Assembly (NCBI GenBank): GCA_045862955.1
Contig: BTVI01000007.1
Location: forward strand, 1 to 64,000
Direction: 5' to 3'
DNA from: Fimbriimonadales bacterium
Lineage (GTDB): Bacteria; Armatimonadota; Fimbriimonadia; Fimbriimonadales; JABRVX01
DNA length: 64,000 nucleotides
Shown: piece by piece, positions 9,878 to 20,517 of the stretch
Layout of the letters: every line of letters starts with the position of its first letter
Position numbering within the stretch: position 1 is the stretch's first letter
Notes under the pieces: model-generated
What the model saw: the letters and a program-made list of their open reading frames with translations, nothing else
Databases searched by the model: none
Told to the model about the DNA's origin: nothing
Made by a program: the position numbers and the translations under genes

Positions 9878-10879
9878 GTGATTAGTGTTTTGTTCGGGGC
9901 GTTGCTTACGCTCTCGGCGTCGGCGGTGGGGGACGCAAAGGCCGAGCAGATGCTCACCGAGTATGGCCAGAAGCTCGCCTCGCTGAACTCTTTGCATATC
10001 GAAATCGAAGCCTTTCGAGGTGGCGAGAATCACGGCAAGGCATCTCTTACGCTGGCCCGGCCCTCCTATGCGCGGCTCGAGCGGGCGGGGCGCATTAAGG
10101 TTCTCGATGCAAAGAACTGCTCGGAGTACTTCGCCTCCAAGAACCAGTACTACGCGCGTGCCGTGCGAAGCGGCGAACTCGCTGAGAACCTCAGCGACGA
10201 TCTGTTCCTCGCATGGAGCCCCTTCTTCGAAGGCGAAACCAAGGCACTCGCTAGGATGAAAAAGTCCGCGACTTATGTCGGTTCGGAGACCGTCGAAGGC
10301 TCCAAGTACGAGTGCGTGAAGGTGGTGCTGGACCAGGCATCGGGAAAGACGATGAAGCTGTACATCGATCCGTCGGACGGCCTGGCTAAGCATGCCGAGA
10401 TCGCGGTCGGCTCCGCCAAAGAGAAGGCCCCGCTCTTGATCCTGAGCGATAACTTCGACACCGAGACCGCCATCGACGTGAAGACCGTGTTCGCCATGCC
10501 GAAGGGAGCCCAGATGGTGTCGGAGGCCGAGCTGCTGGGAGCGCGCTGGTACTACGACTTCGACGAGGCCCTCGCCGTTGCGAAGTCCTCCAACCGACTG
10601 ATGATGGTGGACTTCTATACGGACTGGTGCGCGTGGTGTAAGAAGCTCGACGCGGACGTGTTCTCGACACAGAAGTTCGCGGACATGGCGCGCAACTTCG
10701 TTCTCGTGAAGATCAACGCCGAGAAGGGCAAGGGCATCGCTCTGGCCCAGAAGTACAACGTGGACAGCTTCCCGCGCATCATCTTCATTGACAAGGACGG
10801 CGGCGTGGTCCACGAGGTGTCGGGTTACATGCCCCTCGATCCCTTCCTGGCGGAGATGCGGAAGGCTCTGGGCCGGTAG
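9878..10879 (+). CDS. Secreted LolA-like + thioredoxin-domain protein
   Basis: SD GGAGG; signal peptide; C-terminal VDFYTDWCAWCKKL and cis-Pro FP motif. Confidence 0.75.
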   Translation: MISVLFGALLTLSASAVGDAKAEQMLTEYGQKLASLNSLHIEIEAFRGGENHGKASLTLARPSYARLERAGRIKVLDAKNCSEYFASKNQYYARAVRSGELAENLSDDLFLAWSPFFEGETKALARMKKSATYVGSETVEGSKYECVKVVLDQASGKTMKLYIDPSDGLAKHAEIAVGSAKEKAPLLILSDNFDTETAIDVKTVFAMPKGAQMVSEAELLGARWYYDFDEALAVAKSSNRLMMVDFYTDWCAWCKKLDADVFSTQKFADMARNFVLVKINAEKGKGIALAQKYNVDSFPRIIFIDKDGGVVHEVSGYMPLDPFLAEMRKALGR

Positions 10880-11223
10880 GCCGCGTCGCCTTACGCTCGC
10901 ATGCTTCCACCGCTCCGGGGGTGGAGCGCCGATTTGTCACGCCTGTAGGGCTCACGCGGCGGAAGCGTGTTCTTCGCGCCCACATCCGCCGATGGAGGGA
11001 CTGGCACTGAGAACTCCATCCCATCGGAGGGCATGGCCATGAGGCGGAGGGTCGGAGTGAAGGTCTAGCCCGGGTGTTGCACGCCTCGACGTGCCGGCTG
11101 TCGCCGGCACGTCGGCGCTTCTGCCACCAACTCGAGTAGCCGGACGTCGAGGGGTGGGCAGCCCTTACACCCGTAGGGGTCAGGAAACTTCTAACGATGC
11201 CGAGAGCAGACCATCCGGCTGGC

Positions 11224-11232
11224 TGGTACACT
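11224..11232 (+). promoter_or_regulatory. Extended -10 element (TGG-TACACT), likely near-leaderless natA transcript
   Basis: 9 nt before ATG 11242; no SD between. Confidence 0.4.
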
Positions 11233-11241
11233 AGCCGCGAA

Positions 11242-11994
11242 ATGGTGCACGCCGAGGGCCTGGTCAAGACCTTCTCCGATAAGAAGAGGGGTGACGTGCA
11301 TGCTCTCAACGGCGCAACGTTCGAGTGTCATCCCGGCGAGATATTCGGCGTCTTGGGTGTCAACGGGGCGGGGAAGACCACCCTCCTCCGCATCCTCGCT
11401 ACCATCATCGAGCCGACGGCGGGCAGCGCTACCGTCGCCGGCTACGACATCCGTACCCAAGCGCAGCAGGTGCGGCAGAGCATCGGTTTCCTTTCGACCA
11501 CGACTGCACTGTACGGCCGTCTCACCCCGCGCGAGATGATCCGATACATCGGCGGGCTGTACGGCCTGAATGGTCGCAATCTTGCAGACAGAACGGAGAG
11601 CGTCATCGAGCGGCTGGGCATCGGCGACTTCGCGGACCGCCTCTGCGACAAGCTGTCTACAGGTCAGAAACAGCGTGTGTCCATCGCCCGCACCATCGTT
11701 CACGACCCCCCCGTCATCTTCTTCGACGAGCCTACCGTTGGGCTGGACGTAGTCACCTCCCGGACCATCATCCGCTTCATCGAGGAGTGCCGCGCCCAGG
11801 GCAAGACTGTCATCTTCTCCACGCACATCATGAGTGAGGCCGAGCGCGTGTGCGACCGCATCGCGGTCATCCACGAGGGCCGCATCACCGCCTGCGGACC
11901 ACTGGAGCAACTACGGGCCACCACAGGCGAGACGCGGATGGAGAAGGTGTTCCTCGCACTCATCGGCATTCGAGACGAAGAGGACTCTTGGTGA
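11242..11994 (+). CDS. natA: ABC transporter ATP-binding subunit, NatA-like
   Basis: GVNGAGKTT, LSTGQKQRV, FFDEPT, STH. Confidence 0.85.
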   Translation: MVHAEGLVKTFSDKKRGDVHALNGATFECHPGEIFGVLGVNGAGKTTLLRILATIIEPTAGSATVAGYDIRTQAQQVRQSIGFLSTTTALYGRLTPREMIRYIGGLYGLNGRNLADRTESVIERLGIGDFADRLCDKLSTGQKQRVSIARTIVHDPPVIFFDEPTVGLDVVTSRTIIRFIEECRAQGKTVIFSTHIMSEAERVCDRIAVIHEGRITACGPLEQLRATTGETRMEKVFLALIGIRDEEDSW

Positions 11995-13184
11995 GGACCA
12001 TCCTGCTACTGCTTGGCAAAGAGCTACGCGAGTTCGTACGCGACCGCCGCGTGTTGGTGGGAGCCATCTTACTGCCGATGGGCTTGGTGGTGGTGGTCTC
12101 ACTGTTTCTTGGCGCAATGCACGGCTTCCTAGACAAACCGGGTGCCTCGGAGATCGCTGTTCTCGACCCGGACCTCGGCAAGACGCTGCTGGATACGAAG
12201 GTGGCCAAGGAGGCTTTCCGAACGCGGAAGGTGCCGACTCTGGAAGCAGGGCTCGCGCTGGTACGAAAGAAGGACGTGCGCATGCTCGTGGCGTTCGGGG
12301 GGGACGTCGCGGGTGCGGTCGGCGGTGGCAAACCAGTGGAGATAAAGGTCTACCTCGACAAGAAGAGTTTGCCCGCGCAACTCGCTCTAGCAAGGCTGGA
12401 GGCCGCCGCACAAGTGCTGAACGCGAAGCGCCGTGCGCAGGTGCTTGCGGACAAGCAACTTCGGGAGCGGGACCTGGAGCCCATCCGAGTAGAAGCGGTG
12501 GCTACCACCGAAGCCCAGGAGTTCGGCGGTGACACCGTATCCACGCTGCTGCCTTATCTGCTCGTCGTGTTCGCGTTTTTCGGTGGAATGAGCCTCGCCG
12601 CAGACTCGGTGGCCGGCGAGAAAGAGCGCGGCACGCTGGAGACGCTGCTTGTCTCGCCCGCGGGCCGTGTGCAGATCGCATTGGGAAAGCTCCTCTCGAT
12701 GGCTACGGTATGCCTGACCAGTTCCATCTCGGGGCTCGTGGGCTTGCTAGTCGTCGTGTTGCCCGGCTCCGAGCTCGCGAAGCCTCTGCTCAAAGGGGGC
12801 ATCCACGTGTCGCTAGGCGGCACGTTGACCTCACTTCTGACGATGCTGCCGCTGGTCGTGATGTTCTCTGCGGTGCTCACCGCAGTGTCCGCGTTCTCAC
12901 GAAACCAGCGCGAGGCCAACACATACACCTCGGCCATCAGCTTCGTAGTTATGGTGCCCGCGATTGCCAGCCAATTCATCGGGTTCACCGACCTCGCCAC
13001 TAAGCTTTGGATCGGCTTCGTCCCCGTGCTCAACTCTGCCATGGTGATCCGCCAGATACTGATGGGCGAGTTGAATTGGGCGATGTTTGCTCTCACGATG
13101 TTGACGTCGTGCTTGCTTGCGGGTGCCGCGTTCCTGGCGGTCGTGTTGATGTTCCGTCGTGAGTCGGTGTTATTCCGGGTGTGA
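11991..13184 (+). CDS. ABC-2 permease, NatB-like
   Basis: GTGA overlap with natA stop; KELREFVRD, AGEKERGTLETLL; multiple TM helices. Confidence 0.85.
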   Translation: MRTILLLLGKELREFVRDRRVLVGAILLPMGLVVVVSLFLGAMHGFLDKPGASEIAVLDPDLGKTLLDTKVAKEAFRTRKVPTLEAGLALVRKKDVRMLVAFGGDVAGAVGGGKPVEIKVYLDKKSLPAQLALARLEAAAQVLNAKRRAQVLADKQLRERDLEPIRVEAVATTEAQEFGGDTVSTLLPYLLVVFAFFGGMSLAADSVAGEKERGTLETLLVSPAGRVQIALGKLLSMATVCLTSSISGLVGLLVVVLPGSELAKPLLKGGIHVSLGGTLTSLLTMLPLVVMFSAVLTAVSAFSRNQREANTYTSAISFVVMVPAIASQFIGFTDLATKLWIGFVPVLNSAMVIRQILMGELNWAMFALTMLTSCLLAGAAFLAVVLMFRRESVLFRV

Positions 13185-14446
13185 GCATGGCCGATGCGAT
13201 GAAGGTGTACCGCAAGGAGATGCGCGAGGCGTTGCGCGACAAGCGGGTGATCCTGACGTCGCTGGTCAGCCCGTTTGCCGCGGTCGTGGTGGCGTTCGCG
13301 GGCTTCGCGCTGTTGGCCTCCGACGTCGAGGAGGCCAACCAGGCTGGTGCACGGGCTCCACAGCGTGCTGCCGTCGGTATTACGGGGCGTGTTCGGGTAG
13401 GTCTCGTGGGCCCCGACGCTCCGATGCTACTAGACCTCATGCGTGAGCAAGCTGCTGCGAACTCGGCATCACAGCTCACCTACTACCGGTTTGCAGCGAG
13501 GGCGGAGGCAGAGTACGCGATGTCAGCGGGGCAGTGCGACGTCGTGTTGGTGTTGAGGGGCAATCCGGACGAGGACCTGCGCCTGGAGCGCACGGCGCAG
13601 GCGACCGTCCTCACCAAGCCCGGCTCGCCGAGCTCAGCGCAGGCTTCGCAGGTGGTTGTGGGCTCGCTGGGTGCGGTGGACAGGTTGATTGTCGGCCGTA
13701 GGCTCCGAGCGCACGGGCTCAGTCCCGAGGCGGCGAGTGCCGTCGCCATCGGATTGGAGAGCCTGAAGGCGGCCCCAACCAGCGCTCTCGCCGAGCCTTC
13801 GGTGCTCGCTTTGTTTCTGCCATACCTGCTCGTCCTGGCCACCTTCTTCGGCGGGGTGCCCACCGCCTTCGACACGGTTGCCGGAGAGAAGGAGCGGGGG
13901 ACGCTCGAGACGGCCTTGGTGAGCCCCATCGCGCGACGCGACCTAGTCGGCGGCAAATTCGTTGCCGTGCTGACGGCGTGCATGATGGCTGGGCTCAGCT
14001 CCCTTGCCGCTGTGGTGATAGCGTCCAATAGTGGCATTCCCGCGTTGCACCCGGTGATAGGGTCTAGCTTCTCTTGGTCAGCGGTGCTTCTGTCGGTGGG
14101 CGTACTGGTGCCGCTCGGCATCTTCTTCTCGGCGATGTTGCTCATTGTTTCGAGCTACGCGCGCAACCAGCGCGAAGCTCAGACGTACCTCATGCCACTC
14201 AGCTTGGGCGTCATGTTGCCCGCGATGTACAGCATCTTCGGAGGGTTCGGGGAGGTGCCGGATGGCTTGGTGGCGGCGCTTGTGCCGGTGTACAACTGCA
14301 CGGCGCTGGTGAGGATGCAGATCGAGGGCGGCGCGCCGCTCGAGTTCTTAGCGCTCGCACTCGGATCCTGCGCGGTCTATGCCATCGTCGGCGTTGCGAT
14401 TGCGGAGCGCCTATTTCGGCGCGAGTCGGTTCTACTGCGGATGTAG
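13181..14446 (+). CDS. ABC-2 permease, NatB-like (second paralogue)
   Basis: KEMREALRD, AGEKERGTLETAL; GTGA overlap. Confidence 0.85.
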   Translation: MSMADAMKVYRKEMREALRDKRVILTSLVSPFAAVVVAFAGFALLASDVEEANQAGARAPQRAAVGITGRVRVGLVGPDAPMLLDLMREQAAANSASQLTYYRFAARAEAEYAMSAGQCDVVLVLRGNPDEDLRLERTAQATVLTKPGSPSSAQASQVVVGSLGAVDRLIVGRRLRAHGLSPEAASAVAIGLESLKAAPTSALAEPSVLALFLPYLLVLATFFGGVPTAFDTVAGEKERGTLETALVSPIARRDLVGGKFVAVLTACMMAGLSSLAAVVIASNSGIPALHPVIGSSFSWSAVLLSVGVLVPLGIFFSAMLLIVSSYARNQREAQTYLMPLSLGVMLPAMYSIFGGFGEVPDGLVAALVPVYNCTALVRMQIEGGAPLEFLALALGSCAVYAIVGVAIAERLFRRESVLLRM

Positions 14447-14522
14447 GCGGCCTGCGGGGTCCTGCGCATCCGTGCGCGGGCGGCGGGGTGTTCCATGCCC
14501 CCTCCCGCCTCCGCTGAATACC

Positions 14523-15908
14523 ATGCCCCGGCCCGCGTCCGGCGGCTGGCAGCGGCTGCGTGACTGGCGCCGTCACGCTGCTGCTGTCGTCGCGCTGAGC
14601 TCTACGTCTTGCTGCTCCTGTCCTCACGCTGACCTTTACGGCTCGGTGATCCTGTCCTGACGCTGGCCTTTACGTCATGCTGAGCCTGTCGAAGCATGGG
14701 ACCGCCGGCCGCACGTCTTCGCATTCACTAAGGTGGCTCTGGCACTCCCGGATTCATGCTTCGACAAGCTCAGCATGACGGTCGCGGACGGTTGTACGCT
14801 CTCAACTGACCCACCCTCCTGGCAGCACCGAGGGCATGAGGTGATCCAGAGGGCCGCGCCGGGGCAGGAGTCGGGATAGCCGTGCCCTCGCCGTCGGCAT
14901 GGTGGCGGCCTCCGATGCAACGCCTGCGGCTTGTGGTTGCATGCTTCGACAGGCTCAGCATGACGGGTAGGGGTGTGGCGGGTAGGGGCCTGGCAGGCAG
15001 CCGGTGTGGCGGGAAGGGCTAGACGGGTCGGGGTGTTAGGTGTTGGCGTTGCGACGTGTCGAGCCCGAACGATGTCATCGGAAGCCGTCCGCCGGTCGCA
15101 ACCAATCCCACCCGCAGCGGCCTCTCCAGCATGTGCGATGTCATCGGAAGCCGTCCACCGGTCGCAACGAATACCGTTCTGCTGAGCTTCGTCATGCTGA
15201 GCCTGTCGAAGCATGGGACCGCCGGCCGCACGTCTTCGCATTCACTAGGTGGCTCTGGCACTCACGGATGCATGCTTCGACAGGCTCAGCATGACGGTCG
15301 CGGACGGTTGTACGCTCTCAACTGACCGACCTTCCTGGCAGCACCGCGGGCGTGGAGTGGAAGGACCGCGCCGGGGCAGGAGTCGGGATAGCCGTGCCCT
15401 CGCCGTCGGCATGGTGGCGGTCTCCGATGCAACGCCTGCGGCTTGTGGTTGCATGCTTCGACAGGCTCAGCATGACGGGTAGGGGTGTGGCGGGTAGGGG
15501 CCTGGCAGGCAGCCGGCGTGGCGGGAAGGGCTAGACGGGTAGGGGTGTTAGGTGTTGGCGTTGCGACGTGTCGAGCCCGAACGATGTCATCGGAAGCCGT
15601 CCGCCGGTCGCAACCAATCCCACCCGCAGCGGCCTCTTCAGCCTGTGCGATGTCATCGGAAGCCGTCCACCGGTCGCAACGAATACCGTTCTGCTGGCCT
15701 TTACGTCATGCTGAGCCTGTCGAAGCATGGGACCGCCGGCCGCACGTCTTCGCATTCACTAGGTGGCTCTGGCACTCCCGGATGCATGCTTCGACAGGCT
15801 CAGCATGACGGTCGCGGGTGGGCTACAGGCGCTCTATGCCCCGGCCCGCGTCCGGCGGCTAGCAGCTACCGACGGCATGAAGCCATCCTAAGGGCCGCGC
15901 CGGGGCAC
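14523..15908. repeat. Composite repeat block: ~2.2 tandem copies of a ~515-bp unit with REP-like palindromes
   Basis: GTCATGCTGAGCCTGTCGAAGCATG starts at 14674, 15191, 15705 (periods 517 and 514), each followed by an inverted copy; internal direct repeat CGATGTCATCGGAAGCCGTCCRCCGGTCGCAAC twice per full unit. Confidence 0.95.
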
Positions 15909-16062
15909 GGCTCGGAACCTCCGCGATGGTACAGTCACGAACTGCTTCAGCAGGCCCGAAGGCGCAAATCAAGAGGCCAGACCGCCGAATGGTCGGGCGC
16001 ATGGCAGCCGCAGCCTGACACAATCACAGAACGCAGCGTCGATCCATTCAAGGAGGCAAGTC

Positions 16063-16455
16063 ATGCACTACGTGAGCAAAATGCTAGTGGGCGCTATCGT
16101 CCTCGCCACCCTCCTTGCGCTAGTGGTGTCGCCGCTCGACGCCCAGGTGATGCGCGGCAGCCGAATGACCGTCATCGCCCCCTCGACCGCAGCCCGAGAG
16201 GTAGCCCGGCAGGTAATGCGGCAATCGGGCTGGTCGGATGCCAAGCCCAAGCAGGCCGATGGCGTGCTCGTGGTGGTACGAAGCTCCATGTACAATCCGC
16301 TGTTCACTAGCAGCCGATCGTGCTTCTGCGACCTGCGCAGGAACGCTGAGAGGCAGCCGAGCCTGAGCGGCTCGAAGTATCACATCTACGTGTACCGCCT
16401 GAACGACGATCTGACTGTGACCGAGGTCCGACACACCACCCGAGACGCGAAGTGA
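16063..16455 (+). CDS. Small secreted hypothetical protein
   Basis: SD AAGGAGG; signal peptide ending LDA-Q. Confidence 0.7.
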   Translation: MHYVSKMLVGAIVLATLLALVVSPLDAQVMRGSRMTVIAPSTAAREVARQVMRQSGWSDAKPKQADGVLVVVRSSMYNPLFTSSRSCFCDLRRNAERQPSLSGSKYHIYVYRLNDDLTVTEVRHTTRDAK

Positions 16456-16501
16456 TCCAGCGTCGCCTCGCCGGCCGTCTAGGTATAATAATGCGAGACG
16501 G

Positions 16502-16577
16502 GGCGCCGTACCCAAGTGGCTAAGGGAAGGGTCTGCAAAACCCTCATTCAGCGGTTCGATTCCGCTCGGCGCCTCCA
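16502..16577 (+). tRNA. tRNA-Cys (GCA)
   Basis: Acceptor GGCGCCG/CGGCGCC, anticodon loop CTGCAAA, GGTTCGATTCC, U discriminator, encoded CCA; TATAAT at 16484-16489. Confidence 0.97.
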
Positions 16578-16595
16578 GTCTATTGGAGGTCGGCG

Positions 16596-17347
16596 ATACC
16601 AGCACCCGCACGCAGCAAGGATGCGCCCTCGGTAGGTTATCTCGGGCCTGGCAGCGCGCCGCCTGTCACGGTCCGCTCGGAGGCGTTCGAGGGGCCGTTA
16701 GAGCGGTTGATCCAACTGGTCCGCGAGTGCCGAATCGAGCTTGCGGGCATTCCGCTCGCTCCCATCTGCCTCGAGTACGTGCGGTACCTCGAGGAGACCG
16801 GTTGCAGTGAGATAGACAAGGCTTCGGCAGGCATGTTCGGCCTTGCTTACCTGGTCGAGCGCAAAGCCTGGGGCATGATCCCGGAGGAAGAAGAGCCGGA
16901 GGATCTCGAGCCGGAGCTGAGCATCGAGCCTACCGCCTCCATCTTCGCTCCCGCTATCGAAGCGTTGGCAGAGGCGAAGGAGAGGCGGGAGCTGCTTTTC
17001 TTCAGGCAGCACGTAGCGGCGGATGGAGTGTACGAGCTTCCACTGGACCTCTCCAGCGTGAAGACCGAGGACCTGGTGAGGGCGCTGAAGCGGCTGCTGG
17101 AGCGCGCGGCGGAAGAACCGGAAGGACTTCCCTCGGGGCCACGCTTCTCTATGGCCGAGCTGACTCAGCGTGTGTTGGCAGCAGTGACAGCGGAATCGCC
17201 GGTCGAGTTCGAGAAGCTACTCCCCGAACACTACACACGATTGGACGTCGTATGGCATTTCCTGGCGGTACTGGAGAGCGTGAGACTGGGCTTCTGTCGA
17301 GTAACGGTTCGGGACGAGAGGATCTTGCTCCTGAGCCCCGCGACGGC

Positions 17348-17351
<4 letters not shown>
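16596..17351 (+). CDS. scpA: Segregation and condensation protein A (start uncertain, possibly ATA)
   Basis: In-frame VTVRSEAFEGPLERL upstream of TTG 16707; C-terminal HFLAVLE; adjacent to scpB. Confidence 0.8.
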
Positions 17352-17847
<496 letters not shown>

Positions 17848-17851
<4 letters not shown>

Positions 17852-18999
17852 GGCTCGCCCTCGCCCTACTGTTCTGTGCCTGTGTTCTCTGCCATGGGCA
17901 AAAGGGCGGGGAAATCCAAGCCGCGTCCTACATCGCGATCGACGCTGCAAGCGGCGCGGTCCTCTTCGAGAAAGCGGCAGACGTGAGGCGCTACCCGGCA
18001 AGTACCACCAAGATCATGACGGCGCTGCTCCTTCTGGAGTCCTGCGACCTCGACTCCTACGTGACTGCGCCGCCCGACTTCGCCTTCGTCGGCGAGAGCT
18101 CCATGAACCTAAAGCCCGGTGAGCGCATCTCAGTCAAAGACCTGCTGTACTGCATCCTCCTGCGGTCTGCCAACGATGGCTGCCAGCTTGCCGCGCTTCA
18201 CGTTTCCGGTTCGGAAGAAGCTTTCTGCGCCAAAATGACCGAACGCGCACGGAGCCTGGGTGCCGTGAACACCAACTTCGTGAACCCGCACGGTCTTCAC
18301 GACGATCGCCACTACAGCACGGCCCGAGACCTCGCACTGATCGCGCGCGAGGCAATGCGCTCGCCTTTCTTCCGGCACGTGGTCGCCACGCGCAAGCACC
18401 GCGTGGAACGCAGCATCAACGGTGAAGACCTGTGGATGGTCAACCGCAACCGCCTCCTCGGCCCCGGTTCTATCGTGGATGGGATCAAGACCGGATACAC
18501 TGCGAAGGCCGGTCACTGCTTTGTCGGCAGCGCGGAGCAGGGGGGCTTCCGCGTTATCACCGTGGTGCTCGACAGCCCCGACTGGCGGTCCGATACGCTG
18601 GCACTTATCAACCGATGCTATGCCTCGTACGAGCGAACCGCAGTACTCCCCAGCCGCCACATTTCTGGCAGAGCGCTGGTGCGAGGCGGAACGGCACCCA
18701 CAGTGGCCGCGCTGACCGAACGCGAGGCCTATGCACTCCTCCCACGCTCCTCGCCTTCCAAGCCCGAAATCAAAGTGAAGCTCGACGAGGTCCAGGCTCC
18801 CGTGGCACTCGGCCAGAAGCTGGGAGAGCTTCGGGTTGTCCACGAGGGACATGTCGTTGGCGCGGTGCCTCTGGTTGCCGCGGAGGAGGTGGGAGCGTCC
18901 GTCCAAGCCTCCATTTCTGGATGGTCCGCGTGGACGCTCCTGTTCGGCGTGTTCGCGGTGGCCGCTTGGCGTCTGCTTCGCTGGAACCCCGGTGGCTGA
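17848..18999 (+). CDS. D-alanyl-D-alanine carboxypeptidase (peptidase S11)
   Basis: PASTTK (SxxK), SAN, NPHGL, KTG motifs; C-terminal anchor. Confidence 0.92.
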
Positions 19000-19717
19000 G
19001 CGTCTCCAAAAGCTGTTGGCCGCTGCCGGCTATGGCTCACGGCGCGCATGTGAGGTACTCATCCTGGAAGGCCGCGTCAGCGTCAATGGAACCGTGGTCA
19101 CAGAGCTGGGGGCGAAGGCCGACCTCACCACCGACGTCATCGCGGTAGATGGGAAACCGATCGCTCGACCCCGTCTGCTGTACGTACTAATGAACAAGCC
19201 TCCAGGTTACGTGACCACAGTGAGAGACCCGCGCGCTGGCCGCTCGGTAATGCAGCTCCTCCCTGACCTTCCTACCCGAGTCTTTCCCGTGGGCAGACTC
19301 GACAAGGACACCTCCGGCGTGCTGCTGTTCACGAACGACGGAGACCTGGCAAACCGCCTGACACACCCGAGCCACGGGGTGCGCAAGACCTACCGCGCCG
19401 TGGTGGGCTCGACTCCCTCGGACGCGACGCTGGAGCGCCTCCGCAAAGGAGTGCGACTGGAGGATGGGATGACCGCACCTGCCGAGGTCAGAGTCCTTGG
19501 CCAGGACAGGAAGTCGGGGCGGTGTACGTTGGAGCTAGTCATAAAGGAGGGCCGCAAGCGCCAGGTCAGGCGTATGCTCGAGGCTGTGGGTCACCCCGTG
19601 GAGGAACTCACGCGTACACGGTTCGGGCCGCTCTCGACATACCGACTGCCGAAGGGCGCCTGCCGCATGCTCTCCAATGTCGAGGTGGAGCGCCTGTACA
19701 GGCTCGTAGGGCTATGA
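18992..19717 (+). CDS. rluB: rRNA pseudouridine synthase (RluB/RsuA family)
   Basis: S4 domain RLQKLLA..GYGSRR; VGRLDKDTSG; EGRKRQVRRM; scpAB context. Confidence 0.85.
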   Translation: MAERLQKLLAAAGYGSRRACEVLILEGRVSVNGTVVTELGAKADLTTDVIAVDGKPIARPRLLYVLMNKPPGYVTTVRDPRAGRSVMQLLPDLPTRVFPVGRLDKDTSGVLLFTNDGDLANRLTHPSHGVRKTYRAVVGSTPSDATLERLRKGVRLEDGMTAPAEVRVLGQDRKSGRCTLELVIKEGRKRQVRRMLEAVGHPVEELTRTRFGPLSTYRLPKGACRMLSNVEVERLYRLVGL

Positions 19718-20517
19718 GAGTCTTCGTCTGTCTCGCTGTCGTGGCGCTTTTCCTCGCCGGATGCACGGAGCGCAAGCACACCGCGCAGACCGATAGAGTC
19801 GTGACGCTCTCGCCCGCGCTCACCGAGGTGGTGTTCGCCCTCGGCAAAGGCGACCGTCTCGTAGGCATCACCACCGCTTGCGACTATCCCCCGCAGGTCC
19901 AACGCATCCCGCGTGTGACCGACTACCGGTTGAACGTCGAGGCCGTGGTTGCTGCCAACCCGTCGCTGGTGCTCGCCGATATGACCGTGAACAACCCCGA
20001 CGAGCTCGCGCGCCTGGAATCGCTCGGTGTGCGAGTGGTGCGTTTTACACCTACCTCCGTCGCAGCCACAGCAGAGATGATCCGCGCCGTCGGCCGACTT
20101 CTCGGCGCCGCAAAGAGGGGCGAAGAGCTTTCCCGCAAGCTGGAGTCCGCAGGGCAGAGGCTCCCGTCCCCGCCGAAGGCGGTGTTCACTTTGGGCAAGA
20201 ATGGGCTGTACGTCGCGGGCTCCGACTCGCTCACCGCCGACTGCGTACGCCGCGCTGGGGGCGAGGTAGCAGCGGACAAGCAAGCGAAGTTCTATCCAGC
20301 CAGCCGCGAGTCGGTGATCTTCTCTGACCCCGACGTCATCTTCACTACCGGGGACCCGAAGGAGTTCCTGGAGGACCCACTGTGGCAGTCATGCAAGGCG
20401 GTCGCCAACCGGGCCGTGTACCACGTGGATGCCTCGCTGGCCACGCGTCCTGGGCCACGCTTGGCGGAGGCCATCCGCGTAATGTCGGAAGCCTTGTCGA
20501 AGGTGGCGAGCCGCTAG
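19714..20517 (+). CDS. BtuF-like cobalamin/siderophore ABC substrate-binding lipoprotein
   Basis: Lipobox LAGC; VTLSPALTE, CDYP, RPGPRL. Confidence 0.85.
   Translation: MRVFVCLAVVALFLAGCTERKHTAQTDRVVTLSPALTEVVFALGKGDRLVGITTACDYPPQVQRIPRVTDYRLNVEAVVAANPSLVLADMTVNNPDELARLESLGVRVVRFTPTSVAATAEMIRAVGRLLGAAKRGEELSRKLESAGQRLPSPPKAVFTLGKNGLYVAGSDSLTADCVRRAGGEVAADKQAKFYPASRESVIFSDPDVIFTTGDPKEFLEDPLWQSCKAVANRAVYHVDASLATRPGPRLAEAIRVMSEALSKVASR

Noticed and set aside
9872..10813. Long antisense or shadow ORFs (e.g. 9872-10813, 36390-37265, 40101-40874, 30125-30880)
   Set aside because: Expected opposite GC3-biased genes; no recognisable motifs
15836..15907. Self-cleaving ribozyme identity for the 72-bp element
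   Set aside because: No hammerhead (CUGANGA/GAAA), twister or HDV core recognisable by eye
14675..16310. ORFs containing MLSLSKH / CFDRLSMT / LRQAQHD (also at 50.0-50.3, 51.3-52.3 and 57.0-58.6 kb)
   Set aside because: These are translations of the non-coding REP in different frames
16063..16600. Genomic island or prophage integrated at tRNA-Cys
   Set aside because: No integrase and no duplicated tRNA 3' end seen; housekeeping genes follow directly
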